This document shows, one piece after another, positions 50,574 through 64,000 of a stretch of 64,000 nt of DNA. The notes beneath the pieces are model-generated. The model searched no databases and was not told the DNA's origin. It worked only from the letters and a program-made list of their open reading frames with translations. The position numbers and the translations under genes are program-made. Position 1 is the stretch's first letter; the number at the start of each line of letters is the position of its first letter. The stretch lies in NCBI RefSeq assembly GCF_000181795.1, contig NW_003526945.1, positions 5,497,656-5,561,655 of the forward strand. The letters run 5' to 3'. The DNA is from Trichinella spiralis (Eukaryota).

Positions 50574-53091
50574 ATGGCTAGCCCAAGATCGCGTTCTATT
50601 TTGAAGAGTTTGCATGCTCAGAACAACAATAATGTAATGTTGAATCTTCATTTACTTTACTACACGATCGTTGAAAATTTTATTCGTTCACATGTTTTAG
50701 GCATGTTTTGAATGCGGCACGCACAATGCACAGTGGGCCAGCGTTACGTACGGCATTTGGCTGTGCTTAGAATGTTCGGGAAAGCACAGAAGTCTCGGTG
50801 TTCATATCAGGTTAGCAGTTGTTATTTTATGAAAAATTTCAGCTTGTTGCACTCATTTGTTTGTTTTTTCAAGTTAAAATTTTTTAATTTTTACCATCTA
50901 GCTTCGTCCGGTCTGTTAGTATGGACAAGTGGAAGGAAACTGAGCTACAGAAAATGAAAGTAGGCGGCAATGCGAATTGTTTGGCATTTTTGCGCAGCCA
51001 GCCAGATTATCAGCCGAATTGGTCTTTCAGAGAGAAATGGAATTCCAAAGCTGCTGCCTTTTACCGGGACAAGGTTATCGTTAATTTGATAATTTAATTG
51101 TTCTTTGAATAATGGTATTGTTTTCAGATTTCTGCGATGGCTGAAGGACGGGAATGGTCCATAGAAACTTCGTCCGCACAGAATTGGATACCAAGCGGTG
51201 CTGGCGGTGGTGGATACATGAAATCGTCGAAAAGCGTGTCAACTTCGTCCAATATTGAAAAAGAGCTGACCTACGGAAGGTTAATTTACTAGAAGGAAGT
51301 GGGAAAAGTGAAGAGAAAATTTATTTCTTTTAATTTTTCACAACAGGGATGGCCAGTCTTATCATCAAGGAGATTGGCCAGGCGACAAAAGTAGGAAGTA
51401 CACCGGATTCGGAAGCGGTGATTCATCAGACAGCCATCGAAGTGGTAAATCAAATGAAGTCTTGGAAAGCGCGCTAGAATCGTTGTCTATTGGATGGTCT
51501 ACGCTTAGCAAAGGAGCTGCTCAAGCTGCAAATATAGCGAAGGAGAGCGTATGTTGTTGTTGTCGTTGTTGCATTCAGTTATGGATAAATAACTCGCACA
51601 ATATTATGTAAACATCATTTTCGATCAACAACAATAAAGCGAAATATTTATTCATTTTATGTAAGTAAAATTATATTTTTTAGGCATTTAACGTAGGACA
51701 TCAAGCTGGAACACGGGCTGCTACGCTTGCCAATCAAGTAATTATTTTTATTTAATTGTTTTCTCTTGTTTTTCACAAGTGTATATTTAAAAAAATCTTT
51801 TTTCTACAAACAGTTTTAATAAAAATTTTACTTTACACGTGCAACCTTGAAAACTTCTATTGATTAGCTAGTTCATTTATTTTATATTTTGTAGTTGTTG
51901 TGAGAAATGAATGGATTCAGGTAGTGTGCAATTAGCTTATCGGATTCTGAGTATGATTGTGAAATTTCTTTCTTTTCTATTTCTGATATCAAAATTGAAT
52001 TTCATGCACTTATAATTCCATTATAGTAGTTACTTTTATAAAAATATGATTTACTCGTTGGCTCTACTCATGTTTGTACAACGAAAGAAGAAAATTTGAA
52101 TTAAACAATAAAAGCAGTTATAGAAATGTTTGATTGATGCAGTTATTGGGAATGTTAAGAAATTTTTTGAAATATGAAAATGTGTAAAAAAATTAATTTT
52201 CCTTGCTATAGTTTGTTTGCTCGAATTTATTTTATTCGTGTCTTAAAGTTTTATACTGCTGAATTATATTCTTAGTTTAAAATAGTTTTTATTTATTTAT
52301 TGATAGTTTTACGATATGAATTTAACATGTTGACATGTTTTCTATGTTTGTAATGTTGAAATAGGCGAACTAAACCTTTTGTATATTACAGAACACGAAC
52401 ATAAGTGTAGCATACTTTTTAAAGCTAAATTATATTTTATTAATTTCCTTTTTTAGCTGAAAGATGGATATCTTCTGAATGATGTGCAGAATTCAGTTTC
52501 TAGTGCGGCGTCGAAGGTTCATTAAAGTTTAATCTTGTCTGTGGTTTAAAAAATGAATTATTATTATTTCTTTCTACAGATGGCAGATATGGGTTGGAAA
52601 GGTTGGCAGAGTTTTCAGTCTGTATTTTCGGATCGTCGTGGAGCTAACAGTTACATCAGCGTGGATGGTGTAGTGGGTAACGATGGCAGTGGTCGATATG
52701 GAGACGGAAGGCACAGTGATTTGGGTTTCCCGAGCAGCGGTTCCCAGTCACCTGAGAAGCAGAAGTCGGATAATTTTGGAGATTCTTTTGAATTTCAGTA
52801 ACTCTTTTTTAAAATTTACATAATATAATATTGTTCTGTGGATTGTTTGTTAAAATGTGAAAAGTTGTTTTGCAATATAGTGATTGGCAATCTGCTCCGT
52901 TGAGTGATCATTCGAAAACAACCGTCAGTGGTAATGCTGCTCATTCGTATGCCTCAAAAGCGAATGCCATGCAGCCGGCTAAATCGTCGAAAGAAGTTGA
53001 CTTGATTGATTTTGGTGTAGATGAAAGCAAAGGAAGTAACACGAAATCCAGCAATTTGGACGATGCGATATGGGATATGTTATTCAAATGA
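50574..53091 (+). CDS. ARFGAP1: ADP-ribosylation factor GTPase-activating protein 1, multi-exon
   Basis: MASPRSR start, zinc finger CFEC...[42 protein letters not shown]-like [16 protein letters not shown]-terminal DDAIWDML. Confidence 0.95.
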
Positions 53092-53339
53092 ACGGTCGAA
53101 AATGCTGTACAAGCGTATGTTTTAATTTCAATCAGAGATACCACATGTCTATCAGATAAGATTATTTTTTCGATATTATTACAGCAAATGACAGCTTGTT
53201 TTATGTGCGAATTGTATTCATCATCGCTGATGATGGGTAATTTTAAAATTAATTTGTCGTGTATATATCAAACGGCCGGGAGGTTCGCACCGAGGTTGTA
53301 GATGACAGTGAAGATGTTGTTGTCTCTTGATGCCAGTGT

Positions 53340-55408
53340 TTAATCGGTTTCACTTTCCTGAAATTAAAACAATTTTTGAAAAATTATGATTCTTTAGAAG
53401 TTTTTTTTTCAAATTTTAATTTCACGCAACACTTACAGGATTGAGTTTTTTAAATTCTGCCAGTTGGCGGAAAACGTACTGTAGAACATGCTTGGCAGAG
53501 CGATTTTCAGCTGGTAAGTGTTTCACAATTCCAAGGCATTCGGCGCAGTCGTTGATGAAATTTTCCAACTGATCTTCACTATCTGTATCGGTGAACAGAA
53601 ATAAGTGTATTTTTTTTTCTTTCAGTAAAATAATAAAGGGAGACAGCAATGTTGAATGCATTTACATTTTTGACTGGCTTGCACTAGTCGATCTCTTTCT
53701 GTGGAAAATTCTTCCTGCAGATCGAACAGTTCCAAATCTGGCGGTCCGGGTACTCGAAATATAGCGGGAAAAACCTGAACAAATATACATATACATATAA
53801 ATATGTGTATTAATAGTTGGAGAAATTGCCACTTACCGACGGTTGCAACGGTGGCAGTGGTTGTTCAAAATGAGGCACAATAAGAGTCAGCGGTTCGTGT
53901 TTCACATCCAACTGAGCATAGGCCCTGCAAAAGATCGCCTCAGCCGAGATATAGTTAGTTTATTGGAAAAAGTACTTCAATATTCGAGTCCAAAGTGAGG
54001 AAGTGATCGAGTAGAGGCTCGATTCGAACAGTTTGTTGATGCTTTTCACAGCTATATTCGTTTCAGCTTCTTGAAAGCAGCATTTCAATTGTTTCGATAG
54101 CGCCAAATGGTCTGGAACGTAGTGGTAGGGTGAAATCTGAAAATATCCGTTCAACTTGATATAACAGAATGTTCACTAATTCAATTTTGACAGCAGTTCA
54201 CCTCGGCGTCTTCGACGCTTGATTTTTCCAAACTGAGCTCTTCGCTTGATAGAACGTTCAAGAGGGCAGTCTAGAAAGGGAAAAATGTATTTCTGCATAA
54301 AAAAGTAGAAAGAGATGCATGCACACATTTATATATATACCAGCAGCTTGCTGTTGTCTTCTTTGTCTAAATAAGAGTCTGAAAATATTTGCTGAGAGCC
54401 CAAAACGATCACTTTGCCATTGGATGATTTGGAATGAAATATTGCACAGATGGGTCGATTCTGTGGATAGCAAATGAATCCACTAGAGAGTAACGGTGTG
54501 GCGATGTTTTCTTGTACTGTAAGCGTAGAACCGTACGGATAAACGATTTTCAACAGTCTGTTTAAAATGATAAATTGCAAAACATTGACACTGATAAGTG
54601 ACAATTACTGCTTTCGAATATTCTCATTGTCGGTTGTGACAACCCCGGCTGCAGTTGTGACAATTTTATTCACCACGCCGTCACTAATGTACGCTTCTTT
54701 GGGGTGAAAGTATTTGTAAAATTGATTTCGAATAACTGAATCTGTACACAAATTATTAGAATGATTTCATTTTCTAAAAAATGAACCTCTTCAACGAATC
54801 AAAAAGTTACCATTGTTTATGATAATACCGTAATGTTCAGCGACTTGGTTTATTGAAATTTGACAGTCATCATCTGCATCACCACCGCTCGACAGTAGAA
54901 GCAAATTCTTGCCGTTGTTTATAAACTGATCGAATGCTTCTATCTGAATTTCAAATACTTTTCAATTGAACGAATACTTATTTCTGATTTCTTTTTGTTG
55001 TAATAATTAAAAATAGTTAGTTACCTCTTCTTTTGTAAATTGTCTATTTGCATTTGCAATAATGTAAATATTTGCGTGTGCAATGCGGTCGTAAGCCACT
55101 TGTGCTTTGTAGCTGAAATTATTCTTTTTTTTATTTAAATAACATACAAATTGATTTACTAATAATTCTATTATTATTATTATTATTATTACCAAGAAAT
55201 TTATCATTTTACATGTGAATATAATATTATTTACTTGCATTCATGAAATCCAATATTAGAGCTTTGTTTTCAAGTATAAAGTTTACCTCTTCATTTGCCA
55301 GTTCCTTTTAAGCCGTTCAATAAAATTTTTGTAACCTATAGTTTGTGCGGAAAATTCTGGTCCACCGTGTTCGTCAAAAAGTATTACAGATCTCTGGTTT
55401 GCTGACAT
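53340..55408 (-). CDS. IFT52: Intraflagellar transport protein 52 (osm-6 orthologue), multi-exon
   Basis: FYKYFHPKEAYISDGVVNK, VYPYGSTLTV, LLSSGFICYPQNRP, FSDSYLDKEDN, VKHEPLTLIVPHFEQPLPPLQPSVFP, LELFDLQEEFS, EFKKLNP; ATG 55408 three bases after a TTTCAG acceptor; TAA 53342-53340. Confidence 0.95.
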
Positions 55409-58400
55409 TGTCTGAAATTGAAAAAATAATTTTTTTCTAATTGTAAATCAAATACAATCGCTTGGACAATGGTCAGCTACAGTTTGAAATGATGAGGGCA
55501 GCAAGCAAAGAGCGAACTTTAGTCAGAGGTAGTCACATTGCAAGAAAAACGATAAAATTGTCATTAGTTTAATTTTTTAAACTTTAATATGTGATCACCA
55601 TGCTTTTTGTATTTTCATGATTTAGATACTGCTGCAGGTGTATTTTACAAAATGATAATAATATCAGTTATGATGATCAGTGTAAATTCAAAAGAAAAAC
55701 CATAAATAAATATTCAATTTAAACAACGCATATACCTTAATTGATTAATTAATTTTAATTTTTAAAAAATTACAAAAAATATACATTTTTTTAATTGAAA
55801 AACGTTAGTTTAAATGAAATGAATTTGAACTGCCTGAAATTTGCATATGAAGAAGAAATCATTATGAATAAAGTTGGAAATGTTGTTCATTAAATTAAAT
55901 ATCACGCAAAATAATATGATACAGAAAGTATGTGAATTGATTTGTCATTTAGTGTTTAAATTTTCAGCCGCCAATATTTGTTTACATTGGCAGTATATTT
56001 TTGAAACGTGGTACAGTAAAAATTACAGTAGAACTTTGGTGAACTTTTTTACCACAAAGTTATTTTCAAAAAATAAATTTTAAATGCTCTCTATTTTATT
56101 ATGTAAAACAGTAAAGAGATGAAAAAACTCCAAATAAATGATAATGTAAAGCTTTTGTTAGTAATCAGATCAAATGATGATGATGCTCTGTTGTTTCATC
56201 TTGATCGTTTCATTCATGCATAACATGATTAATTTTCTTTAAAATTTAATATTATTAATAAATTTATCAATTAAACAAAATATATGTCAACATTTCAACA
56301 GCAACGTAACTAAAATGAAACTTTAATATGCTCATATGCAAATAAATATGTACAGTACTGAATGTACGTTATGATACATATTACGTTGATCATTTGAACA
56401 AATTGAACATCGCAGTTGAATAATGGCTTTTAAATTCGTTTGACTGATTGAATAAAGTCCTCGAAAGGCATTCTTGCTTATTTCCTAGCATTCTTCAACA
56501 TTGCTAAAAATATTGATGAATTCAATTGTGCATTCAAATTTACGCCGAGCAAGATGACCAAGTAAGATTTCATTGTTACTCTTTTCATTTTTTTGAAAAA
56601 AAGCATTCAATAATTAACAATATCTTCTTCTAATGTTGAATTGAAAAGCGAAATAACATTATTAGAGCATAAATTTATGTAAATTTAACACCACCTTATT
56701 TGAACAATGGATCTTTATTTGATAAATGTTGTGGAGTTGTAGTTCAAATGCTCAGTGTATATGAATAAAAATGAAATTGAATAACTTCCTCACTGCAGTT
56801 CTAATTGATCGAGTTGAACAGTTCAGAAAAAAAATGTAAAATACAGATAATCACGAGCAGCTTTACATTTTTTTTTGATGCAAATGAGCTGCGAGGTGTA
56901 ATTTTTTGAATTTTGTATTGCAGGCAAGTGAAATTTTCCAAAAAGTCAGTAGCAGTTGTTCAATTCGGTTGAAAATGCTTTTCATATTGAAAAGTGAAAC
57001 GATTATTGCAAGAAAGAGAGAGAGAGGAGGAGAGGGGGGAGGGGAAATCAATAAATCCGTTGTTGTGCTCGCTTTTGGCGTCCGCTTCTAGGCGGAAAGC
57101 AGTGCAGGCTAAAATACTTTTACGCGTTATTGGCTGAAGCAAATTAGTAAAATGAGCTCATCTGTATTAATAAAAAGTGATGCATGAAATTGAATATAAA
57201 TTTCAAGAAAAAACTTTAATATCGAAACACGAGAAATCGACAAGGCAAAATAAGGCACAGTACTTTAAAATTGTTCAGGTAAAATTTGCAAAATAGGAAA
57301 AAAGAAAAAATTTTTTCTTCTCACCGGATGTTTCAGAAATTTGTTGCTAATTGTTTATTTGTTTGCGTTTTCTTTTATACGATTGTCGATGCTATTCCAC
57401 GTTGCAGTTTCAGATTTTTGTCCTCATGTTGTACTTGGTATGTTGTTGCCAGGCAACGAGAACGTCGATTTCGTGAATTTGTTCATCATCCCAAGCAATC
57501 ATACCGATAAATTAATTTATAAAAACTAAAAATACAAGTGAAATAAATAAAATAAAATGAAATAAAACATGACAAAACAAAACAAAACAAAAAACATGTT
57601 TTTCAATAAAGCGAACCAAATTTATTGCGTGAGATTAATTTAAAATGGCTACAGTAAGGTAAAAAATTGATTTTAACTTTTACTCAATTGGCAAATAGGA
57701 CAAGCTCGTTTTAAATTCATTTTCTTTGAAAATTTTGTTTATATTATTTATTTTGTTTATTTTTTGCAATTGATTTTTATTTTAATTTTGAATGATCACT
57801 GAAATAATCATACTGATCTACAGGTTTTTTATATGTTTAGATTTATTAAATAATAATGAATATTTTCGTTTTCCATTTACAACTGTTCTCGATAATGAAT
57901 ATTTTACAAGTCAAACACACTGATTTGAATTGAATGGCAAATTTGATTTGTTCACATACTTGAAGCAAAACTGTTCACTTTTCTCATCGTCAAACTCATT
58001 AATAAATATTAATAAACAAACAATAAAAACAGAAATAAATCATATTTTAATGAATATTTAATTGAAAATTTTTGTTTTAAATTTTTATAATATATAAAAG
58101 ATTGTGCAAAAATAGATGCTGCATGGATGGAATTGTTGTTTGAATAAATAAAAAGGAAATAACAACTGATCAATATTTATGATTATTGTATGATAATTTT
58201 ATCTTTATCATATCTTTTTCAAGAAAGAACAATAATAGCAATTCAAATTTTATTTAAAAAAACAGATAATTTTGCAGAAATTTATCATTTATTAACTTTT
58301 CAAATTTTGATTCTCTTCCGCAAATGGAAAGAGTTGGAGGAACTTTTACAGTGTCCGGCCGTTGTGATGTATTAAATTTTACAAATTAGCAAATTGATTT

Positions 58401-59932
58401 CCACGCATGTTTGAAGTGAATTAAAATAAATAAATAAATATAGTAAAAATTTAAATGAACAAAAATGTTAAATGGAATATTTTGCAGTGTTTTGTTTTGA
58501 AATGAAAATTTTTTCAATGCTATTCAATTCAAGAGAAGGGGTATAGCAAAAGGCGAGCTTGTCGATTAAGCGTGAAACAAGTTGACGCTTGTTGACGGAA
58601 ACTAGCTAACCGGTTAGCTGGATGCAGATATTATCAATTTTTGAATTGCATTGTTCAACAACCGTTTGTTTTATACATAAGGAACCATGAAAAAATGCTG
58701 ATACTGTTGTTGATGTTGTTTTTCAAATAATAATAATAATAATAACAACCATATTTTACTTATTATTATTGTTTTAAAAAATAAAGTGAATAAATAAATT
58801 TTTCAAATTGTAGAAATGGAAAAGTAATAATAAATTAATTCGTCGCCAACTGCGGATAACAGCACGCAAACAAATATGCGCATACGCACACATACATACG
58901 GCTGACGTTGTCCTCTGCTACGGGGCAGCTTTTAGTCGACCAGTTGGGGTAAAAAAATCAATACAAACCGAGAAATGATAAAACACTGCAGCAGCTGCAG
59001 CTGCATGATTCATGTCCATTTTGAAAAACATCCCAAAATTATCTATTGCTACCATCAGTGTTTTTTTCGCATATTTATGCATAATTTTATTTGTAAACTT
59101 TTCCCTTTATGGAATAATTGAAAACTTTAACATGCAATTGTGGAACAGTATTTATTTGAAATGAGAACTCTTCAATTTGTATATAACTCAATATTTGCTT
59201 TTTTTTCTTTGTTTTCAATAAGAAATAAAAGAAGAAGGAACAATGAAAAACACGGAAATCAAATATAAAAACCTATTTATATTCAAATTTATATTGTCCA
59301 AATAAAATTATGCATATATACATATATTTAATTTGTTATATTTGTATTGAAGTGTTCAAATATGAAGCGAATGACGACGACATCGTGCGCAATGGATGTT
59401 TCGCCTTGGCAAGCGAGCATTATAAAATTGTAACCGATCGATATTTCCGATCACTTTCTCATCATCAAGCGAACGCCATTTTCAGTAATAATATTTTTCT
59501 TATTATTATTTTTATTTATTATTTAAGCAGCTTTCAATGTATAACATATATTTATTTATTTATTTAATATGCGGATAATATTATCGTCGCCAATGTAGAT
59601 TCCGGGTAAAATTCCGGCAGGTAGTTTTGTTGTGGTAATATGATTTGTCCTGAACATGTTCCACAGATACGGAAATGTAACAATATTCTGAAAAATTGAA
59701 AGAATAAGAAAAAAAATGAAGGGAAAGTAGAATATCAGCAAAATGGAAACGCACTTTTCATGTCAGCATTTTATTAATATTCGTATTGGAAAAACAGAAC
59801 AAAAAAAAATGTATATATATAAAGTAGAAGATGTAGAAGAAAACTGTTATTATTATTATTATTGTTGTTGGTCAATTTTTGGTCACATTCGTTGTTGTGT
59901 TTGACAGTGTTCGGCAGATGCAGGATCCGTCC

Positions 59933-60003
59933 CACGCTTGGCATTCACCGCGTGCCTTAATTCTCGAATAAAAGATCAAGACAGACAGTGAACACGAAGC
60001 GTG
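59933..60003 (-). ncRNA. mir-124: microRNA-124 precursor; mature 3p at 59959-59938
   Basis: Minus strand reads TAAGGCACGCGGTGAATGCCAA, the conserved mature miR-124; 5' arm CGTGTTCACTGTCTGTCTTGAT (59996-59975) resembles miR-124-5p; closed by CACGCTT/AAGCGTG stem. Confidence 0.97.
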
Positions 60004-60115
60004 TCGATAAGACGGCTTGGAGCATATAAGTTGAATGAACACGGCTTCATCCGAAGAAAGAAACAGCTTCTCCACTTGCTTGCCTGTATATTCTGGCTTG
60101 GTTAAGCTGAATACT

Positions 60116-60160
60116 GACCAACCGACCTACCGACCAACCGACCGACCGACCGACCGACCG
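60116..60160. repeat. Imperfect (ACCG)n tetranucleotide microsatellite
   Basis: GACCAACCGACCTACCGACCAACCGACCGACCGACCGACCGACCG read directly. Confidence 0.9.
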
Positions 60161-63100
60161 GTGGACAGATACCAAGATTAACTGAACTAGCAACTGGCAG
60201 ATCGGCCAACAGGCTAATCGACCAACGACGACCATCGTCGACAATCTATTGGCAGCCAGCGACGCTGTCATCGCCCCCGCAACACTCACACTAGCGCCAC
60301 CACCGTGAGTGATGTTGCTTTATTGATTTTATTTTTTGAAAATTCTTGTTATATTTTTGAATATATTGTATTCCCTACCCTGAAAAAAAACAAAACAAGA
60401 ACAAAAACAACAATAACAATAACATCAAAATATTTACATTCTTTCAAACAACGTTTATCACTTTTAGTCGACGCACAACACAAGCAGTTTACTGTAATAT
60501 GCAACATTGAATAGAAGATGAAAATGAACGATCATTTGTAAAAAAGAAAAAAAAAGTAGAAGAAAATCAATACTAACATGTCTTCCTGTGAACAATTGAA
60601 CCGTCGCAATCCATTGAAATTTGAAATCGATCGATGCAATATGAGAAAAACTCACAAAATACAGTATACTACTGGCTTTTTTGATTTTTTTTCAACTCTC
60701 TCAACCAATACACAAAACGTGATGCAGCAAGCAAGTCGACAGCTGGCGACATTGACAAAAGAGGAAACATCTGCTCTTTTTGTATCCGGGCAAAGCACAC
60801 GCTAACAATCTGTCCTGCTACTGCTGCTGCTGTGCAGGGAAGACAATCGATATAGTTGGTTGTAGCCAACGAAACGGTGGTTGGTGTTCTCATTCCAATC
60901 TCGATCGATTCCAACCGACTCTACATTCAAGTTGTCAACAACAAGCATGACTTGAACAATAAATAATAATTTAAAAAAAAAAAGCAACAACAACAACTTT
61001 ATACATACATGCATACGCATATGCATAAACTATTCGACTCGTGTTACCAAGTATCCATCTATTACCAAATCTATCGATTGTTTCAGTTCAATTCAAATTC
61101 TCACCAAAGGCAAACAACATTCTCTTATCACAATAACAACAACAAAATGATAAACAAAAAAATTTGCACAAACACGCATACACATGCATACTTTCCATTT
61201 TTAGAAAATTGCAACTTACAAAATCAAACAAAATAATGCTTATGAATTCGACGATGAAGTTGTTGTACCGATTTTTGAATTGACCAATCAACGTCGACAC
61301 TACTAATGCCATCTGGAATCAATATTTTTCTCAACCAACAATTGATTCTTTCTCCAATTGAAAGAAAACCTTTTCTTTTACAAAAAATTAAAAGAAAAAA
61401 CCAAACGAGCAAATATAAAATTTCAACTATTCACGCGTTGGATTAATAATCAATTTTTCAAATTAATAACCAATATTTGGGGAAAGAAAAAGAAATTCGA
61501 ATCTATCTGTTCATCGAATTTTCACCATTTGTTCATCACTATTCAACCAACATTGGTTGCAATAGTATTTTTCAAAGGGCATTTTTCCACAAAAACACAA
61601 TTCGATCGAAATATTCACACGCAGCTACTCTGCAAATTGCGTCATTTTATTATCAGAACAAAAACCACAAATTTCGTTTTTATTAATGTATAAATGAAGT
61701 TGTTGTTTTCAAATTAACAACTCTTGTCCGAAAAGAGAGAGAGAAAGATGTTCAAATTGAACAACAAACTGCAATCTCCAATTGGCAATATTATGCACAA
61801 TTGTACGAACCGATTTGACCATTAACATCGAGAAAAATTGTTCCATTTGCTATTTTTTCTTTTTATCCCTTTGTATGGTACTACTTTTGCAAATTTCGAC
61901 CAAAACTTCTCTCTCTCTCTCCAATTTCCCCACTTGAAAATCAACAACGCTCAACTTTTAACTTCCAAATTAAAAGCCTCTTACAACTTAATTAATTTTC
62001 AAAATGTAATATTGTTATTTATAGTAATTTAAAATAATTACTTACGTCACGTGAATCAATCGTTAATGCGCACAAATAAATTGCAAATCAAATGTAAACT
62101 CCTCTTTTAATGTTCACTTGTACAATTGTTCCAACTGAATCTGAATTAGCCAACAACACTGACAATTCATAATAAAAAGTATAAATTGCACAAAATTGGC
62201 TTCATTCAATTCAAGCTTATTCATTATTAAAAATCAAATCTTTCCCGTTATTTTAAAAAAATGAAGAAAAAAAAATCACAAACTTAACATTAACCATCAG
62301 ATCAAACAAACAAAAATACTTCGACACAATAAACAAAAACAAATTCATTCCAATTCGCCCATTCCCCTGATATTACATTGAAACTTTTCAAACAATTTTT
62401 ACAGTCAACTGAAATTATCACCTATTCAGTTCTTATTAAAAAAATTTTCCATTACTGTTACGTAAAAACTGAAAAATAAAAACGAATCACTATATATATA
62501 TATTATTAAAATAATACTGTGAAGTTCTGAAATGATAAATTGGCATTTGAAATAAAAAACAAGTTTTGAAAAAGTCTTGTTCATCAAAAATTACCGTACT
62601 GATCGCGGCAAATCCATTTCAGAAAAATGAACAAGCGCAATTTGAAATTTTTACTTAAAAAATGACATGTTTAAATATTTTATTTCATTTTATTTTATCG
62701 AAAAAATTATACAGGTTGTAAAACTAAATTTTTATTGATCGAAACAATTTGAAATATTTCATCTTGATTTACTTTATAAATTACAGTTAAAAAACGATGC
62801 ATGGAAAGATTTTACAAATTGCATTGGAAAAATTTTTTTGTTATACAATTAATTCGTTTTTTTAAATAAAAAACATTTTAAAAGTAAAAATAAGTAATAT
62901 AATTTTGTAAAAAAATTCAATTTATATCACTGCTGGGCAAATAATTGATTTATGAATTATGCAGCCTTGAAATGAAAAATTAACAATAGCATTACTTTTT
63001 TGTAAATAAATTTATGTGATGCTTAAACTTATAAAAATTTTTATTAAATAATGAAAAAAAATAACATATATTGCTTTAAATAATTCTTTTACAAAAAACA

Positions 63101-63250
63101 TTCTCTGAGTGCATAACGTAATTTACTGTACATTCTTTCAAATGAATCTTGATTTTCATTTTGTTCATGCTGTTCTCTTTTCTACTAATGTGATGATCTG
63201 ATCTGCTTCAAGCTGGAGGTTTTATTTCTGAAATTAGTTTACAGCTAAAA

Positions 63251-64000
63251 ATGATTGGTGGCCTTTTCGTTTACAACCACAAAGGTGAAGTGTTGGTATC
63301 CCGCATCTATCGTGATGATATAGGGTACTCGGTTTTCATTGTTTCATATAAATAAATATTTAAAGAAATTAACAAATATTCATATATCTTTTTTTTTCAA
63401 TTTCAACTACTTTTACAGACGTAATGCAGTAGACGCTTTTCGAGTCAGCGTTATTCACGCACGACAGCAAGTCCGTTCACCAATCACAATAATTGCACGA
63501 ACTTCTTTCTTTCATATCAAGCGGGGCAACATATGGATGTGTGCAGTGTCGAAGCAAAACATCAATGCGGCAACGGTTTTCGAATTTTTGACTAAATTTG
63601 CCAATACAATGCAATCTTATTTTGGAAAATTAAACGAAGAAAACGTGAAGAACAATTTTGTCTTAATTTACGAACTTTTGGACGGTATAGTTATTTTTTT
63701 ATATTATAAAAAAGTATTTCCATTTTTATTTGTCAATGTTGAAATCTTGCAGAAGTGTTGGACTATGGTTATCCTCAGAACACAGATCCCGGCGTGCTGA
63801 AGACGTTCATTACTCAGCAAGGAATTCGTTCTGCGGTACTATATATTATATTTATTCATTTAATAATTATCATTTTCAGATTATAAAATCTGTTCATTGT
63901 TTCAGACAAAAGAAGAGCAAACGCAAATTACATCGCAAGTTACTGGTCAGATTGGATGGCGCCGCGAAGGTATTAAATATCGACGAAATGAATTATTTTT
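63251..64000 (+). CDS. AP2M1: AP-2 complex subunit mu (dpy-23 orthologue), truncated by window end
   Basis: [106 protein letters not shown] across GT-AG introns. Confidence 0.98.

Noticed and set aside
55457..55470. Possible RFX/DAF-19 X-box upstream of IFT52 (ATCGCTTGGACAAT)
   Set aside because: Too many mismatches to GTTNCC-AT-RGNAAC to call.
59872..60075. 67-aa Cys-rich minus-strand ORF
   Set aside because: Overlaps the mir-124 hairpin, which explains its composition.

Overview
AT-rich eukaryotic genomic DNA with many short (~60 nt) GT-AG introns and TTTCAG/TTTTAG acceptors, most consistent with a clade I nematode such as Trichinella (inference from composition and gene style; not verified). 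Conserved spliced genes: DPP8/9-like peptidase (-), CCDC174 (-), class I fructose-bisphosphate aldolase (+), a fold-type II PLP serine racemase/dehydratase-like enzyme (+), two convergent SLC17/sialin-like paralogues, ArfGAP1 (+), IFT52 (-) and the 5' part of AP2M1 (+). Non-coding content: a clear miR-124 hairpin (-), a candidate bantam-family miRNA hairpin, a hierarchical 834/451-bp tandem array next to an assembly gap that seems to derive from a decayed ~240-bp coding repeat, a decayed BEL/Pao retrotransposon and a probable solo LTR. No previously undescribed system can be proven from sequence alone. The best leads are the two-unit repeat array, the hairpin/uORF-rich putative leader exon plus bantam-like hairpin upstream of the PLP enzyme, miR-124 upstream of IFT52 on the same strand, and the SLC17 pair with substituted substrate/proton-coupling residues. 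All alignments and folds were done by eye.
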